From: Christensenellaceae bacterium
GTDB taxonomy: Bacteria; Bacillota; Clostridia; Christensenellales; CAG-138
Direction: 5' to 3'
Assembly (NCBI GenBank): GCA_022510765.1
Contig: JAFLSU010000005.1
Coordinates: forward strand, 7,310 to 71,309
Length of the DNA: 64,000 bases
This document shows, piece after piece, positions 1 through 7,602 of this stretch. How positions within the stretch are numbered: the stretch's first letter is position 1; every line of letters begins with the position of its first letter. Made by a program: the position numbers and the translations under genes. Below the pieces are notes generated by a model. That model saw only the letters and a list, made by a program, of their open reading frames with translations. It searched no databases and was not told where the DNA came from.

Positions 1-283
1 CGTCAAGCGCAACGGGAACCTGGCAGCCTTCGTATACATTTGTCGCATTGGTGACTATCGTAAGCGTCTCTTCCCCGCCGACATCGACCGCACACACGCG
101 CAGACGCTCCGCATTGGGGTGCTGCTCGATATGCGTGATAGTGCAGACATAGACATTTTTTACATTCATCTCGGGAATGATGTCAGCAACCTCAAATCCC
201 CTCCAAAGCATTCGCTGGACGAACTCCTTGTGCGTTACATTATAATCGACATAATCCCTTAGCCATTTAAGCGGTAGTTTCAT
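1..283 (-). CDS. pheT: phenylalanine--tRNA ligase beta subunit, N-terminal part (continues past window start)
   Basis: Not in the ORF track. Minus-strand ATG at 281-283 with a GGGAGGA RBS just after the pheS stop. My translation MKLPLKWLRDYVDYNVTHKEFVQRMLWRGFEVADIIPE...HPNAERLRVCAVDVGGEE matches the PheT N-terminal tRNA-binding domain. Lies immediately downstream of pheS. Confidence 0.85.
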   Translation of the reverse strand, partial: MKLPLKWLRDYVDYNVTHKEFVQRMLWRGFEVADIIPEMNVKNVYVCTITHIEQHPNAERLRVCAVDVGGEETLTIVTNATNVYEGCQVPVALD

Positions 284-300
284 AACCTATTCCTCCCTGA

Positions 301-1323
301 TTAAAGCTGCCTGAGGAATCTGGCATCGCCCTCGTACAAAAGGCGAATATCATTGATTCCATACTTTAGACACGCTACTCTGTCAACGCCCACGCCGAAA
401 GCGAATGCTTTCCACTCGTGCGGATCGAGACCGCAGTTTTCTATCTCGTGCGGATTAGTAATACCGCAGCCCATTATCTCCATCCAGCCCGTGCCCTTGC
501 AGGAGCTGCATCCGACACCGCCGCATATAGTGCAGCTTATGTCAACCTCAGCCGACGGCTCCGTGAACGGAAAATAGCTTGGTCTGAGCCTTGACTTCAC
601 GTTTTCACCAAATACCGCCTTGACGAATGTATCTATCGTGCCCTTCAAATCCGCGAAGGTCAGATTCCTATCGACCACAAGCCCTTCCATCTGCATAAAG
701 ACGGGGCTATGGCTTGCGTCCGGCTCATCGACCCTGAACACCCTTCCGGGTATCACGAGTCGGAATGGCGGCTTTAGCGTCATAAGTGCACGCGCCTCGC
801 AAGGCGAAGTGTGCGTCCTCAAAAGCACCTTATCGTTGACATAGAAGGTATCCTGCATATCCCGCGCAGGATGATCGAGCGGGAGGTTCAGTTTCGTAAA
901 ATTATAATCGTCATATTCGATCTCGGGTCCTTCAAATGTGGTAAAGCCAAGACCGATGAGGGCATCGCGTATCTCCCTATATACGACCGTCAGGGGACTC
1001 AGTTTGCCTGCGGGGATGTTGACCACGCCCGGTAGGGTCACATCAATCGTTTCGGCTTCGATGCGGCGGGCTTCCGCACGCTCCGCGATAGCCGTTTTGC
1101 GCTCATCGAACGCGGCAGCGAGCTGCTGCTTCGCGGCATTTGCTGCCTGTCCAAGCTGAGCCCTTTCCTCCGCCAAGAGTTTGCCCATCGTGCGGAGGAT
1201 GGCTGTCAACGCTCCGTTTCTGCCGAGGATCGCGGTGTTAAGCTCGTTAAGCTCCGACTCGGTTTCGACTTTCTCCAGCCTTGCAAGCGCATCATCGCGA
1301 ATTTTTGCAAGTTCGTTTAACAT
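301..1323 (-). CDS. pheS: phenylalanine--tRNA ligase alpha subunit
   Basis: ORF 301..1479. The real start is probably MLNELAKIRDD at 1323 (AAGGAG RBS); the upstream part of the ORF is the T-box leader. Class II aaRS motifs are present (FRVDEPDASHSPVFMQMEG, GFAFGVGVDR). Confidence 0.95.
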   Translation of the reverse strand: MLNELAKIRDDALARLEKVETESELNELNTAILGRNGALTAILRTMGKLLAEERAQLGQAANAAKQQLAAAFDERKTAIAERAEARRIEAETIDVTLPGVVNIPAGKLSPLTVVYREIRDALIGLGFTTFEGPEIEYDDYNFTKLNLPLDHPARDMQDTFYVNDKVLLRTHTSPCEARALMTLKPPFRLVIPGRVFRVDEPDASHSPVFMQMEGLVVDRNLTFADLKGTIDTFVKAVFGENVKSRLRPSYFPFTEPSAEVDISCTICGGVGCSSCKGTGWMEIMGCGITNPHEIENCGLDPHEWKAFAFGVGVDRVACLKYGINDIRLLYEGDARFLRQL

Positions 1324-1341
1324 TTTAACACTCCTTATACT

Positions 1342-1640
1342 AAAAATAATAAGCGCATCCATCCCATAGGGACGAGTGCGCTTCTTCTCGTGGTACCACC
1401 CTTGTTCACATCGGTGCTTTATGCATCGATGCCTCGAAAGCTGTAACGGGCTTACCCAGTGAACGACTACGCACCACATTGCTTTGACCGAATCACGACT
1501 TACCGTTGATACGGCATGATAACAAATGCGGCTTCACCGACACGGCTCGGGAGCGAACTTTGTGATAGCAGACTGCAGTTCGCTCACAGCAACGCGAACC
1601 TCTCTGAAGCAGGCTGATATCTTTTCTCCTTCAAAGCCGG
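1342..1640 (-). promoter_or_regulatory. T-box leader (Phe-specific) with intrinsic terminator upstream of pheST
   Basis: The minus strand contains the conserved T-box sequence AACAAGGGTGGTACCACGAG (reverse complement of about 1386-1405). It overlaps a terminator hairpin (AAGCGCA..GTCCC / GGGAT..TGCGCTT, 1351-1383) followed by a U-run (1342-1350). An AGAGAG motif and a stem I hairpin lie upstream. A UUC triplet (complement of 1555-1557) sits where I would place the specifier. Confidence 0.85.
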
Positions 1641-1656
1641 AATTCAATTACGGTGG

Positions 1657-1685
1657 ATTATAACTGCAAACGGTTTTATTGTCAA
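1657..1685 (-). promoter_or_regulatory. sigma-70-type promoter for the pheST leader
   Basis: Minus strand TTGACA (1680-1685), 17 nt spacer, TATAAT (1657-1662). Confidence 0.5.
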
Positions 1686-1713
1686 GCTTAAAGTCACGGC
1701 CGCATAATATCTC

Positions 1714-2039
1714 TTAATCGCGATGCTGCGCGTTATCTATACTTTCCGTAAGCCGTGCTATCTCCCGCTGGATGGCATCGACGGATTCTCCCGTGGTATC
1801 GCCCCATTCCTCCGTCACGATTCGCAGCTCCTCCTGCCTGGTGGAGATAGCTTCGGTAAGATCGCCGTCCATCTCGCAAGCCTGCGCCAAAGAATCCAAT
1901 GGATCCGTATAGTAGGCGTGTCCATTAGCGCCATAACCCGGCGATAGCTTTCCTTCGCTAAATTGTACTCACCCATCTGAGTCCAAAAGTCCCCGATCCA
2001 GTGTTGTACGCTCCAGTTGTCCGAATATTCATCTGCAAG
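1714..2039 (-). pseudogene. probable decayed C-terminal (TPR-like) continuation of the upstream XRE-family gene
   Basis: After the TAG at 2040-2042 the same frame stays open (LADEYSDNWSVQHWIGDFWTQMGEYNLAKESYRRVMAL...). A -1/+2 shifted frame then continues (GHAYYTDPLDSLAQACEMDGDLTEAISTRQEELRIV...) to the stop at 1714. The track ORF 1714..1899 starts on TTG and has no RBS. Confidence 0.35.
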
Positions 2040-2750
2040 CTATCTAAGGAGTTCATTCGCGGTCTGCCTTTCTCCCCGAGCAAAGGTCAGCTTGATTCGC
2101 AGCATCAACATATAATAGCCATCATCCAGCTCAGCATATGCATCGAAATATTTATGAGCCTCGTCAAGCCGACCATCATCAAGCAGTTGCTCAATCAGCC
2201 ATGAATATGTGTTTTCCGCCCGTGGATACCGGGCAATGTGTCTCTTATAGCGGTCAATCAGAGCATTGTGAGTGTTGTTTCTTGGATCCACATGGCGTCC
2301 GCCCATAGCGTTCGCCAATGCTGCAATGCCTTTCCCGGATGCCGGGTTCCGTGACATAGCCTCCAACGCGTACTCCTCCGCCATGGAGCAATGCTCCTTC
2401 GCCAAATGCAGTTCCAAATTTGCCAATAACTCATACGGTTCTGAATTTTCCGGCTCCCGACGAGCTTTTTCAATAAGGAACAACCGTTCGTTTTCGATAT
2501 CCGCAGGATTGCAGAAGCGCACTTCCCACAGCATATTTTGAATTCTCTCCATCCGTGTTTCATCCGACATAGAGAACAGCTCATCAATGCTTACGCCAAA
2601 ATAAGCAGACAACGCAGGAAACATACCGATATCAGGCAAGGCGGTACCACGTTCCCATTTGCTGACCGCCTGAGAAGTAATTTTGAGATGCTGTGCCATT
2701 GTTTCCTGAGTAACGCCTCGGCGAAGCCGCAGAGCATGGTACAACAGCAC
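2040..2750 (-). CDS. XRE-family helix-turn-helix transcriptional regulator with helical-repeat C-terminal region
   Basis: The N-terminus LRLRRGVTQETMAQHLKITSQAVSKWERGTALPDIGMFPALSAYFGVSIDELF is a canonical Cro/C1 HTH. GTG start at 2750. Divergent from the feo operon. Confidence 0.8.
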   Translation of the reverse strand: MLLYHALRLRRGVTQETMAQHLKITSQAVSKWERGTALPDIGMFPALSAYFGVSIDELFSMSDETRMERIQNMLWEVRFCNPADIENERLFLIEKARREPENSEPYELLANLELHLAKEHCSMAEEYALEAMSRNPASGKGIAALANAMGGRHVDPRNNTHNALIDRYKRHIARYPRAENTYSWLIEQLLDDGRLDEAHKYFDAYAELDDGYYMLMLRIKLTFARGERQTANELLR

Positions 2751-2804
2751 GAACCATGTTCGCCTCCCGGATAGACCCCTTCATAAAAAATTTTGAAAAA
2801 GGTA

Positions 2805-2833
2805 TTGACAAATGGGGTTAGAGGCATTAAACT
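2805..2833 (+). promoter_or_regulatory. candidate promoter of the feoA-feoA-feoB operon
   Basis: TTGACA (2805-2810), 17 nt spacer, TAAACT (2828-2833). Confidence 0.45.
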
Positions 2834-2838
2834 GTACG

Positions 2839-2860
2839 TTGATTAGAGAAATCTAACCAA
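2839..2860. promoter_or_regulatory. inverted repeat just downstream of the -10 (candidate metalloregulator operator)
   Basis: TTGATTAGA-gaaa-TCTAACCAA. The arms are complementary at 8 of 9 positions. The right half resembles the CTAACCTAA half-site of DtxR/IdeR boxes. Confidence 0.35.
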
Positions 2861-2877
2861 TTTCTTCGGCATTCAAG

Positions 2878-2896
2878 TTAGATGAGTTTAACTTGT
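2878..2896. promoter_or_regulatory. second weaker iron-box-like inverted repeat upstream of feoA
   Basis: TTAGATGAGTTTAACTTGT. It shares the TTAGAT..AG..TAACTT skeleton with the 3488-3506 site, and its flanks form CAAGTTA/TAACTTG arms. Confidence 0.3.
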
Positions 2897-2922
2897 TTGC
2901 AGATATGAAAGGAATGACGTGC

Positions 2923-3135
2923 ATGATGCCCTTAACATTAGTAAGCATCGGTGAACCAAATATCATAAAGAAAGTTGGCGGAAGGCCTGAGGTCAAAAAG
3001 CACCTCGAGGATATGGGTTTCATTGCGGGAGGCAATGTCACTGTAATATCAGCTCTTGGCGGAAACGTGATAGTCAACGTTAAAGAATCGCGAGTAGCGA
3101 TCAGCAAGGAAATGGCACAGAAGATCATGGTTTAA
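2923..3135 (+). CDS. feoA: FeoA-family iron transport protein
   Basis: ORF 2893..3135. The best start is ATG 2923, 8 nt after AAAGGAA. The 70 aa product MMPLTLVSIGEPNIIKKVGGRPEVKKHLEDMGFIAGGNVTVI... is a typical FeoA SH3-like domain. Confidence 0.85.
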   Translation: MMPLTLVSIGEPNIIKKVGGRPEVKKHLEDMGFIAGGNVTVISALGGNVIVNVKESRVAISKEMAQKIMV

Positions 3136-3195
3136 TACGCGCTTCGCGGATCGAAACAACGGGGCGTTTAAATATCTCTTGGGAGGATAACAGGT

Positions 3196-3417
3196 ATGAA
3201 AACATTAAGGCAGACAAAGATAGGCGACAGCGTGAAAGTCGTTAAACTGCACGGCGAAGGCGCTGTAAAACGCCGCATCATGGATATGGGTATTACTCGC
3301 GGGGTCAAGGTATATGTGCTCAAGGTCGCACCGCTTGGCGATCCTATCGAAATTACGGTACGCGGGTATGAGCTTTCGATCCGCAAAGCCGATGCGGATA
3401 TGATAGAGGTAGAGTAG
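3196..3417 (+). CDS. feoA: FeoA-family iron transport protein (second copy)
   Basis: 73 aa, MKTLRQTKIGDSVKVVKLHGEGAVKRRIMDMGITRGVKVYVLKVAPLGDPIEITVRGYELSIRKADADMIEVE. GGGAGGA RBS upstream. Confidence 0.9.
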   Translation: MKTLRQTKIGDSVKVVKLHGEGAVKRRIMDMGITRGVKVYVLKVAPLGDPIEITVRGYELSIRKADADMIEVE

Positions 3418-3487
3418 TTCGAACTGAGCTCTCCGTTCATCCCGAATATTGGATGCATGGAGAATGCTCTATTTTTTGGAGAGGCAG

Positions 3488-3506
3488 TTAGATTAGGCTA
3501 ACTTAA
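3488..3506. promoter_or_regulatory. DtxR/IdeR-type iron box between feoA2 and feoB
   Basis: TTAGATTAGGCTAACTTAA matches the established IdeR/DtxR consensus TTAGGTTAGGCTAACCTAA at 17 of 19 positions (counted by eye). Confidence 0.5.
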
Positions 3507-3565
3507 TTGGATGAATCTGAAAAACATGCGGGCATTGGAATAGCTCGTTTAAAGGAAGGATAAGT

Positions 3566-6019
3566 ATGAGCAAAGAACTAAAAATCGCCCTTGCGGGCAA
3601 CCCGAACAGCGGCAAGACCACGCTGTTCAATGCATTGACCGGCTCCAATCAGTTCGTTGGAAACTGGCCAGGCGTCACGGTGGAGAAGAAGGAAGGCAGG
3701 CTGAGAAAGCATGCTGGGGTTATCATTACCGACCTGCCGGGCATTTACTCACTTTCCCCGTACACCTTGGAGGAGGTCGTTGCAAGAAATTATCTTATCG
3801 GCGAACGTCCGGACGCAATATTAAATATTGTTGATGGAACGAACCTCGAACGCAATCTGTACCTGACGACTCAGCTTACGGAGCTTGGCATCCCTGTCGT
3901 GGTTGCCATCAACATGATGGACATCGTTCGAAAAAACGGAGACAAGATAAATACTGCTGAGCTTGCACGCGAACTCGGCTGCAAGGTGGTGGAAATCTCC
4001 GCTTTGAAGGGTACTGGCGTCATGGAGTCAGCAGAGGAAGCGATAAAGGCAGCGAAATCCGAAAGAACCGTCCCGATGCATACCTTCTCAGGCGTAGTTG
4101 AGCACGCCCTCGCTCATATCGAGGAGGCAGCGGTACACAATATGCCGAAGGAACAGCAGCGCTGGTACGCGGTCAAAATATTTGAGCGCGATGAAAAGGT
4201 TCTCGATACACTTAAGCTTGACAAGCGCGTGCTCGATCATATCGAAGAGGACATTAAGGCCGCTGAGCAGGAGCTTGATGACGATGTCGAGAGCATCATC
4301 ACCAACGAGCGATATGTATACATTGCTCAGCTCATGAAAGGCTGCTATAAGAAAAAGCATTCGGGCAATCTGTCAACTTCAGACAAGATCGACAGGATCG
4401 TAACCAACAGGTTCCTTGCTCTACCTATCTTTGCGGTAGTGATGTTCATAGTATACTTCATTTCCATATCGACCGTCGGCGGATGGGCTACAGATTGGGT
4501 AAATGATGGGATCTTCAGCGACGGCTGGCATCTACTGGGGATAGGATCGGCGGAGTATGAAAAAGCTGCTGAAGAATATGTTGAACCCGGCGCGATAAAG
4601 GATGCATTTATTGAAGCCGCGTCCGTTGAGGGAGCGGTCGATGAAGAGGCATCCACGGATAATGAGGTAGTTCTCATCCCCGCGCTTGCGGAGACCGTAA
4701 CGACCAAAGCGGTATTGTATGATGACGAAGGCAATATCGACAGCGTAATTGATGTAAATTATGAAAGCTATCTTGAGGTTGCGGACATGGAGGAACCCGA
4801 TCCTGCGGATTACGGAGTTTGGGTGCCGAGTATCCCAGAGCTTGTCGGAGGCCTACTTGACGGCATCAACTGCGCGAATTGGCTTCAGGGTCTGATCCTT
4901 GACGGCATCGTCGGAGGCGTTGGCGCGGTTCTCGGGTTTATTCCGCAGTTGATTGTGCTTTTCCTGTTCCTTGCGTTCCTTGAAAGCTGTGGTTATATGG
5001 CGCGAATCGCATTCGTTATGGACAGGATCTTCCGTAGATTCGGCCTTTCCGGCAAGTCCTTCATTCCGATACTCATCGGAACCGGCTGCGGCATCCCCGG
5101 TATCATGGCATCAAGAACTATCGAGAATGAGCGTGACCGCAGGATGACGATAATGACAACGACCTTTATCCCTTGCGGCGCAAAGATACCGATCATCGGA
5201 CTGATTGCCGGTGCATTGTTCCATAAAGCATGGTGGGTAGCACCAAGTGCGTATTTTGTGGGCATTGCCGCGATAATCGTATCGGGCATCATGCTCAAGA
5301 AGACAAAGATGTTTGCTGGCGACCCCGCTCCGTTCGTAATGGAGCTGCCTGCTTATCACCTTCCCACGCTTGGCAATGTCCTTCGCTCCATGTGGGAACG
5401 CGCTTGGTCCTTCATTAAAAAGGCTGGTACGGTCATACTTGCTTCCGCAATCGTGCTTTGGTTCCTCCAGGGCTTTGGAGTTGAAAACGGCAGCTTCGGC
5501 TTGGTAGAGGATTTGAACAACTCCATCCTTGCTTCGATCGGCAGCGCGATAGCTTGGATTTTCAGTCCGCTCGGCTGGGGCAATTGGCAGAGTGCCGTTG
5601 CGACCATCACCGGACTCATTGCAAAGGAAAACGTTGTAGGCACATTCGGCGTTCTCTTTGGAGGCTTGGAGGAAGTAGCAGAGAACGGTTGGCAGGTATG
5701 GAAAAATATGCAGGCCGCGTTCACTCCGCTTTCGGCGTATTCCTTCCTGATCTTCAATCTGCTGTGCGCTCCATGCTTCGCTGCAATAGGTGCGATCAAG
5801 CGTGAGATGAATAACGCTAAATGGACTTGGTTTGCGATCGGCTATCAGTGCGTATTTGCATACGCAATCGCCCTTGCAGTCTATCAGATCGGAATGCTGT
5901 TTGCGGGTCAGGCAAATGTGATCGGTCTCATAGTTGCAATCGCGATCATTGTTTTCATCGTCTACATGCTCGTAAAGCCTTATAAGGAATCAAATAGGCT
6001 TACAAGAAAGCTTCGCTAA
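3566..6019 (+). CDS. feoB: ferrous iron transporter FeoB (long form with large acidic loop)
   Basis: 817 aa. The N-terminal G domain has GNPNSGKTTLFNALTG and DLPGIYSL, followed by a polytopic membrane domain with gate motifs. About 135 extra acidic residues sit between the first two TM segments. Confidence 0.95.
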   Translation: MSKELKIALAGNPNSGKTTLFNALTGSNQFVGNWPGVTVEKKEGRLRKHAGVIITDLPGIYSLSPYTLEEVVARNYLIGERPDAILNIVDGTNLERNLYLTTQLTELGIPVVVAINMMDIVRKNGDKINTAELARELGCKVVEISALKGTGVMESAEEAIKAAKSERTVPMHTFSGVVEHALAHIEEAAVHNMPKEQQRWYAVKIFERDEKVLDTLKLDKRVLDHIEEDIKAAEQELDDDVESIITNERYVYIAQLMKGCYKKKHSGNLSTSDKIDRIVTNRFLALPIFAVVMFIVYFISISTVGGWATDWVNDGIFSDGWHLLGIGSAEYEKAAEEYVEPGAIKDAFIEAASVEGAVDEEASTDNEVVLIPALAETVTTKAVLYDDEGNIDSVIDVNYESYLEVADMEEPDPADYGVWVPSIPELVGGLLDGINCANWLQGLILDGIVGGVGAVLGFIPQLIVLFLFLAFLESCGYMARIAFVMDRIFRRFGLSGKSFIPILIGTGCGIPGIMASRTIENERDRRMTIMTTTFIPCGAKIPIIGLIAGALFHKAWWVAPSAYFVGIAAIIVSGIMLKKTKMFAGDPAPFVMELPAYHLPTLGNVLRSMWERAWSFIKKAGTVILASAIVLWFLQGFGVENGSFGLVEDLNNSILASIGSAIAWIFSPLGWGNWQSAVATITGLIAKENVVGTFGVLFGGLEEVAENGWQVWKNMQAAFTPLSAYSFLIFNLLCAPCFAAIGAIKREMNNAKWTWFAIGYQCVFAYAIALAVYQIGMLFAGQANVIGLIVAIAIIVFIVYMLVKPYKESNRLTRKLR

Positions 6020-6093
6020 CTAAGGTCGAGGTACACAAAACTCACGATTATCGGATTCGTTGGTATTCGTGGTCGAATAATAGGAGGCATAAT

Positions 6094-6264
6094 ATGCTCG
6101 AATGGTTATCGGAAAACATAGGAACAATCATCGTATGCGCCGTATTGGCGGCAGTACTTGCAGCGATAATCATCCATATGGTTAACAATAAGCGGCGAGG
6201 AAAGACCTCCTGCGGCTGTGGCTGCTCAAACTGCGCAATGAGTGACAGCTGTCACAAGAAGTGA
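6094..6264 (+). CDS. FeoB-associated Cys-rich small membrane protein
   Basis: Not in the ORF track (56 aa). AGGAGG RBS at 6083-6088. MLEWLSENIGTIIVCAVLAAVLAAIIIHMVNNKRRGKTSCGCGCSNCAMSDSCHKK has one TM helix, a basic stretch and a CGCGCxxC tail, which is the usual architecture of this family directly after feoB. Confidence 0.8.
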   Translation: MLEWLSENIGTIIVCAVLAAVLAAIIIHMVNNKRRGKTSCGCGCSNCAMSDSCHKK

Positions 6265-6276
6265 CAAATCAACATC

Positions 6277-6298
6277 GGGGGGGACGAAAGTCCGCCCC
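6277..6298 (+). terminator. GC-rich stem-loop after the feo operon (weak terminator, no clear U-tract)
   Basis: GGGGGGGAC-gaaa-GTCCGCCCC. Confidence 0.35.
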
Positions 6299-6345
6299 TC
6301 ATTAAACAAAGCGTCTAACTTACTGACGGAAAGTGGGGACTTAAA

Positions 6346-6660
6346 ATGAGCGTCGTTATTGTAGGCGGTAATGAATGCATGGTGCATCTGTATAAACAAC
6401 TTTGTGAGAAATACAAATGTCGTGCTAAGGTGTTTACGAAAATGAGGGATGGCTTAAAAAACCAATTTGGTGATCCGGATCTTTTGGTTCTGTTTACAAA
6501 TACAATGTCGCACAAGATGGTACGCTGCGCGATGAGTCAAAGGAAGAGTCATACGATCGTGGCAAGGGTGCATTCAGGCTCCATGGCCGCACTCAAGGGC
6601 ATCCTTGAGGAGCATGCAACCCAAGCAAAACTACAGAGCGGAGAACGAAAGAATGCTTGA
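6346..6660 (+). CDS. DUF2325-domain protein
   Basis: 104 aa. MSVVIVGGNECMVHLYKQLCEKYKCRAKVF...DLLVLFTNTMSHKM fits my recollection of the DUF2325 pattern (GG....Y......G....h....vD.vv.fT..vSH). RBS GGGGA upstream. Confidence 0.6.
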   Translation: MSVVIVGGNECMVHLYKQLCEKYKCRAKVFTKMRDGLKNQFGDPDLLVLFTNTMSHKMVRCAMSQRKSHTIVARVHSGSMAALKGILEEHATQAKLQSGERKNA

Positions 6661-7204
6661 AGAATTCGTAATCCGTCAATGCGCCCCTACCCTTGCAAGA
6701 TTAAAGACAGGGAATCCTTTTTCTATTCCATATACCTGTGTTAAGCAAATGCATTCTGATGTAAGGAAGCTAAACAGGGTTATCGTACCCAAGGGACTGC
6801 GTGCGCTCCCCATGCGCTGTAACGGGGGTAAGGCCCTAATCTATGTATATCGTCCATCATGCCTAAAGAGGGATCTTGCTGATGGCTTAGCTGGTTCGCT
6901 TTTGCAGGCAATTGGTTATCCCTGCGAAATGGCGGAGCGCTGTGTGATTCATCTGATAAAAAAGCTGCGTGTGTGTTCGGAGTTTCCTCATGAGATCGGA
7001 TTGTTTCTCGGCTACCCGCCCGAAGATGTGCTTTGATTCATCGAAAATAAAGCGTGCAACTGCAAATGCTGTGGCTGCTGGAAGGTATATGGCGATGTGG
7101 AGCGTGCAGAGCGAAAGTTCCATCAGTTCAGAACTTGCACAGAGGCATATTGCCAACGCTTTCATGCGGGTAATTCGGTAGGTGATTTGATAGTCTCAGA
7201 GTAA
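6653..7204 (+). pseudogene. DUF3793-family gene interrupted by one in-frame TGA (7034-7036)
   Basis: Start ATG 6653 overlaps the DUF2325 stop (ATGCTTGA). The frame reads ...FPHEIGLFLGYPPEDVL-TGA-FIENKACNCKCCGCWKVYGDVERAERKFHQFRTCTEAYCQRFHAGNSV... and stays open to TAA 7202-7204. The post-TGA part has no Met, so it is absent from the ORF track. As I recall, homologues read EDVxGFIEN, so the change would be GGA to TGA. Confidence 0.6.
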
Positions 7205-7318
7205 GCAGCGTTCCGCAAGCAGTATTCTGTAATGCTTTGAATATGTGCTTTTGCTGTCTGACACCATCCCAAAGCTAAATCTCCGAACAGTATATTTAAT
7301 TGTTTGGTTCAAACAGGG

Positions 7319-7347
7319 TTGACATCCTACAATAAAACGGATAGAAT
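7319..7347 (+). promoter_or_regulatory. promoter of the tRNA-Arg locus
   Basis: TTGACA (7319-7324), 17 nt spacer, TAGAAT (7342-7347). Confidence 0.5.
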
Positions 7348-7362
7348 AAACATTGCTTGATA

Positions 7363-7435
7363 CTTCCTTGGCTCGGTTGGATAGGACTATCGGCTCCTAA
7401 AACCGCGATTGGTTCGAGTCTGCGTGAGCCGGAAG
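7363..7435 (+). pseudogene. degenerate tRNA-Arg(CCT)-like sequence
   Basis: Aligns by eye with the intact tRNA: GCTCGGTTGGATAGGAC vs GCTCAGTAGGATAGAGC; CGGCTCCTAAAACCG vs CGCCTCCTAAGCGGA; TTGGTTCGAGTCTGC vs CTGGTTCGAATCCAG. The D, anticodon and T stems no longer pair. The outer CTTCC..GGCTC / GAGCC-GGAAG helix is retained. Confidence 0.45.
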
Positions 7436-7451
7436 ATCGAGTTTTCCATGT

Positions 7452-7495
7452 ACCTCGATAGCTCAGCAGGATAGAGCGTTCGCCTCCTAAGCGAA
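7452..7495 (+). pseudogene. 5' part (acceptor 5' strand, D arm, anticodon arm) of a split tRNA-Arg(CCT) gene
   Basis: ACCTCGA TA GCTC AGCAGGATA GAGC G TTCGC CTCCTAA GCGAA, then non-tRNA sequence. The matching variable/T arm and acceptor 3' strand are at 13441-13473. Confidence 0.7.
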
Positions 7496-7524
7496 CTGCC
7501 TATTCAAGCCGAAAAACCGAATAT

Positions 7525-7601
7525 GCACCATTAGCTCAGTAGGATAGAGCGTCCGCCTCCTAAGCGGAAGGCCACTGGTTCGAATCCAGTATGGTGTGCC
7601 A
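7525..7601 (+). tRNA. tRNA-Arg (anticodon CCT), CCA encoded
   Basis: Cloverleaf read by hand: GCACCAT TA GCTC AGTAGGATA GAGC G TCCGC CTCCTAA GCGGA AGGCC ACTGG TTCGAAT CCAGT ATGGTGT G CCA (G1:U72 wobble). Confidence 0.9.
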
Positions 7602-7602
7602 G

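Noticed and set aside
6605-6652. Track start (6605) for the DUF3793 ORF
   Set aside because: It would overlap the DUF2325 gene by 56 nt. The ATG at 6653 gives the typical ATGnTGA-type coupling and an N-terminus (MLEEFVIRQCAPTLARLKTGN) that looks like a natural start.
7034-7036. Reading the in-frame TGA in the DUF3793 gene as selenocysteine or as a reassigned Gly codon (code 25)
   Set aside because: TGA terminates several normal genes in this window, for example the Cys-rich peptide at 6262-6264, DUF2325 at 6658-6660 and citD. As I recall, homologues have Gly rather than Cys at this position. I see no convincing SECIS-like hairpin immediately downstream. A nonsense mutation or sequencing error is more parsimonious.
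7363-7435. Calling the first tRNA-like unit a functional tRNA
   Set aside because: The D, anticodon and T stems cannot be paired canonically by hand, and the anticodon loop would be 9-10 nt. Only the outer helix survives.
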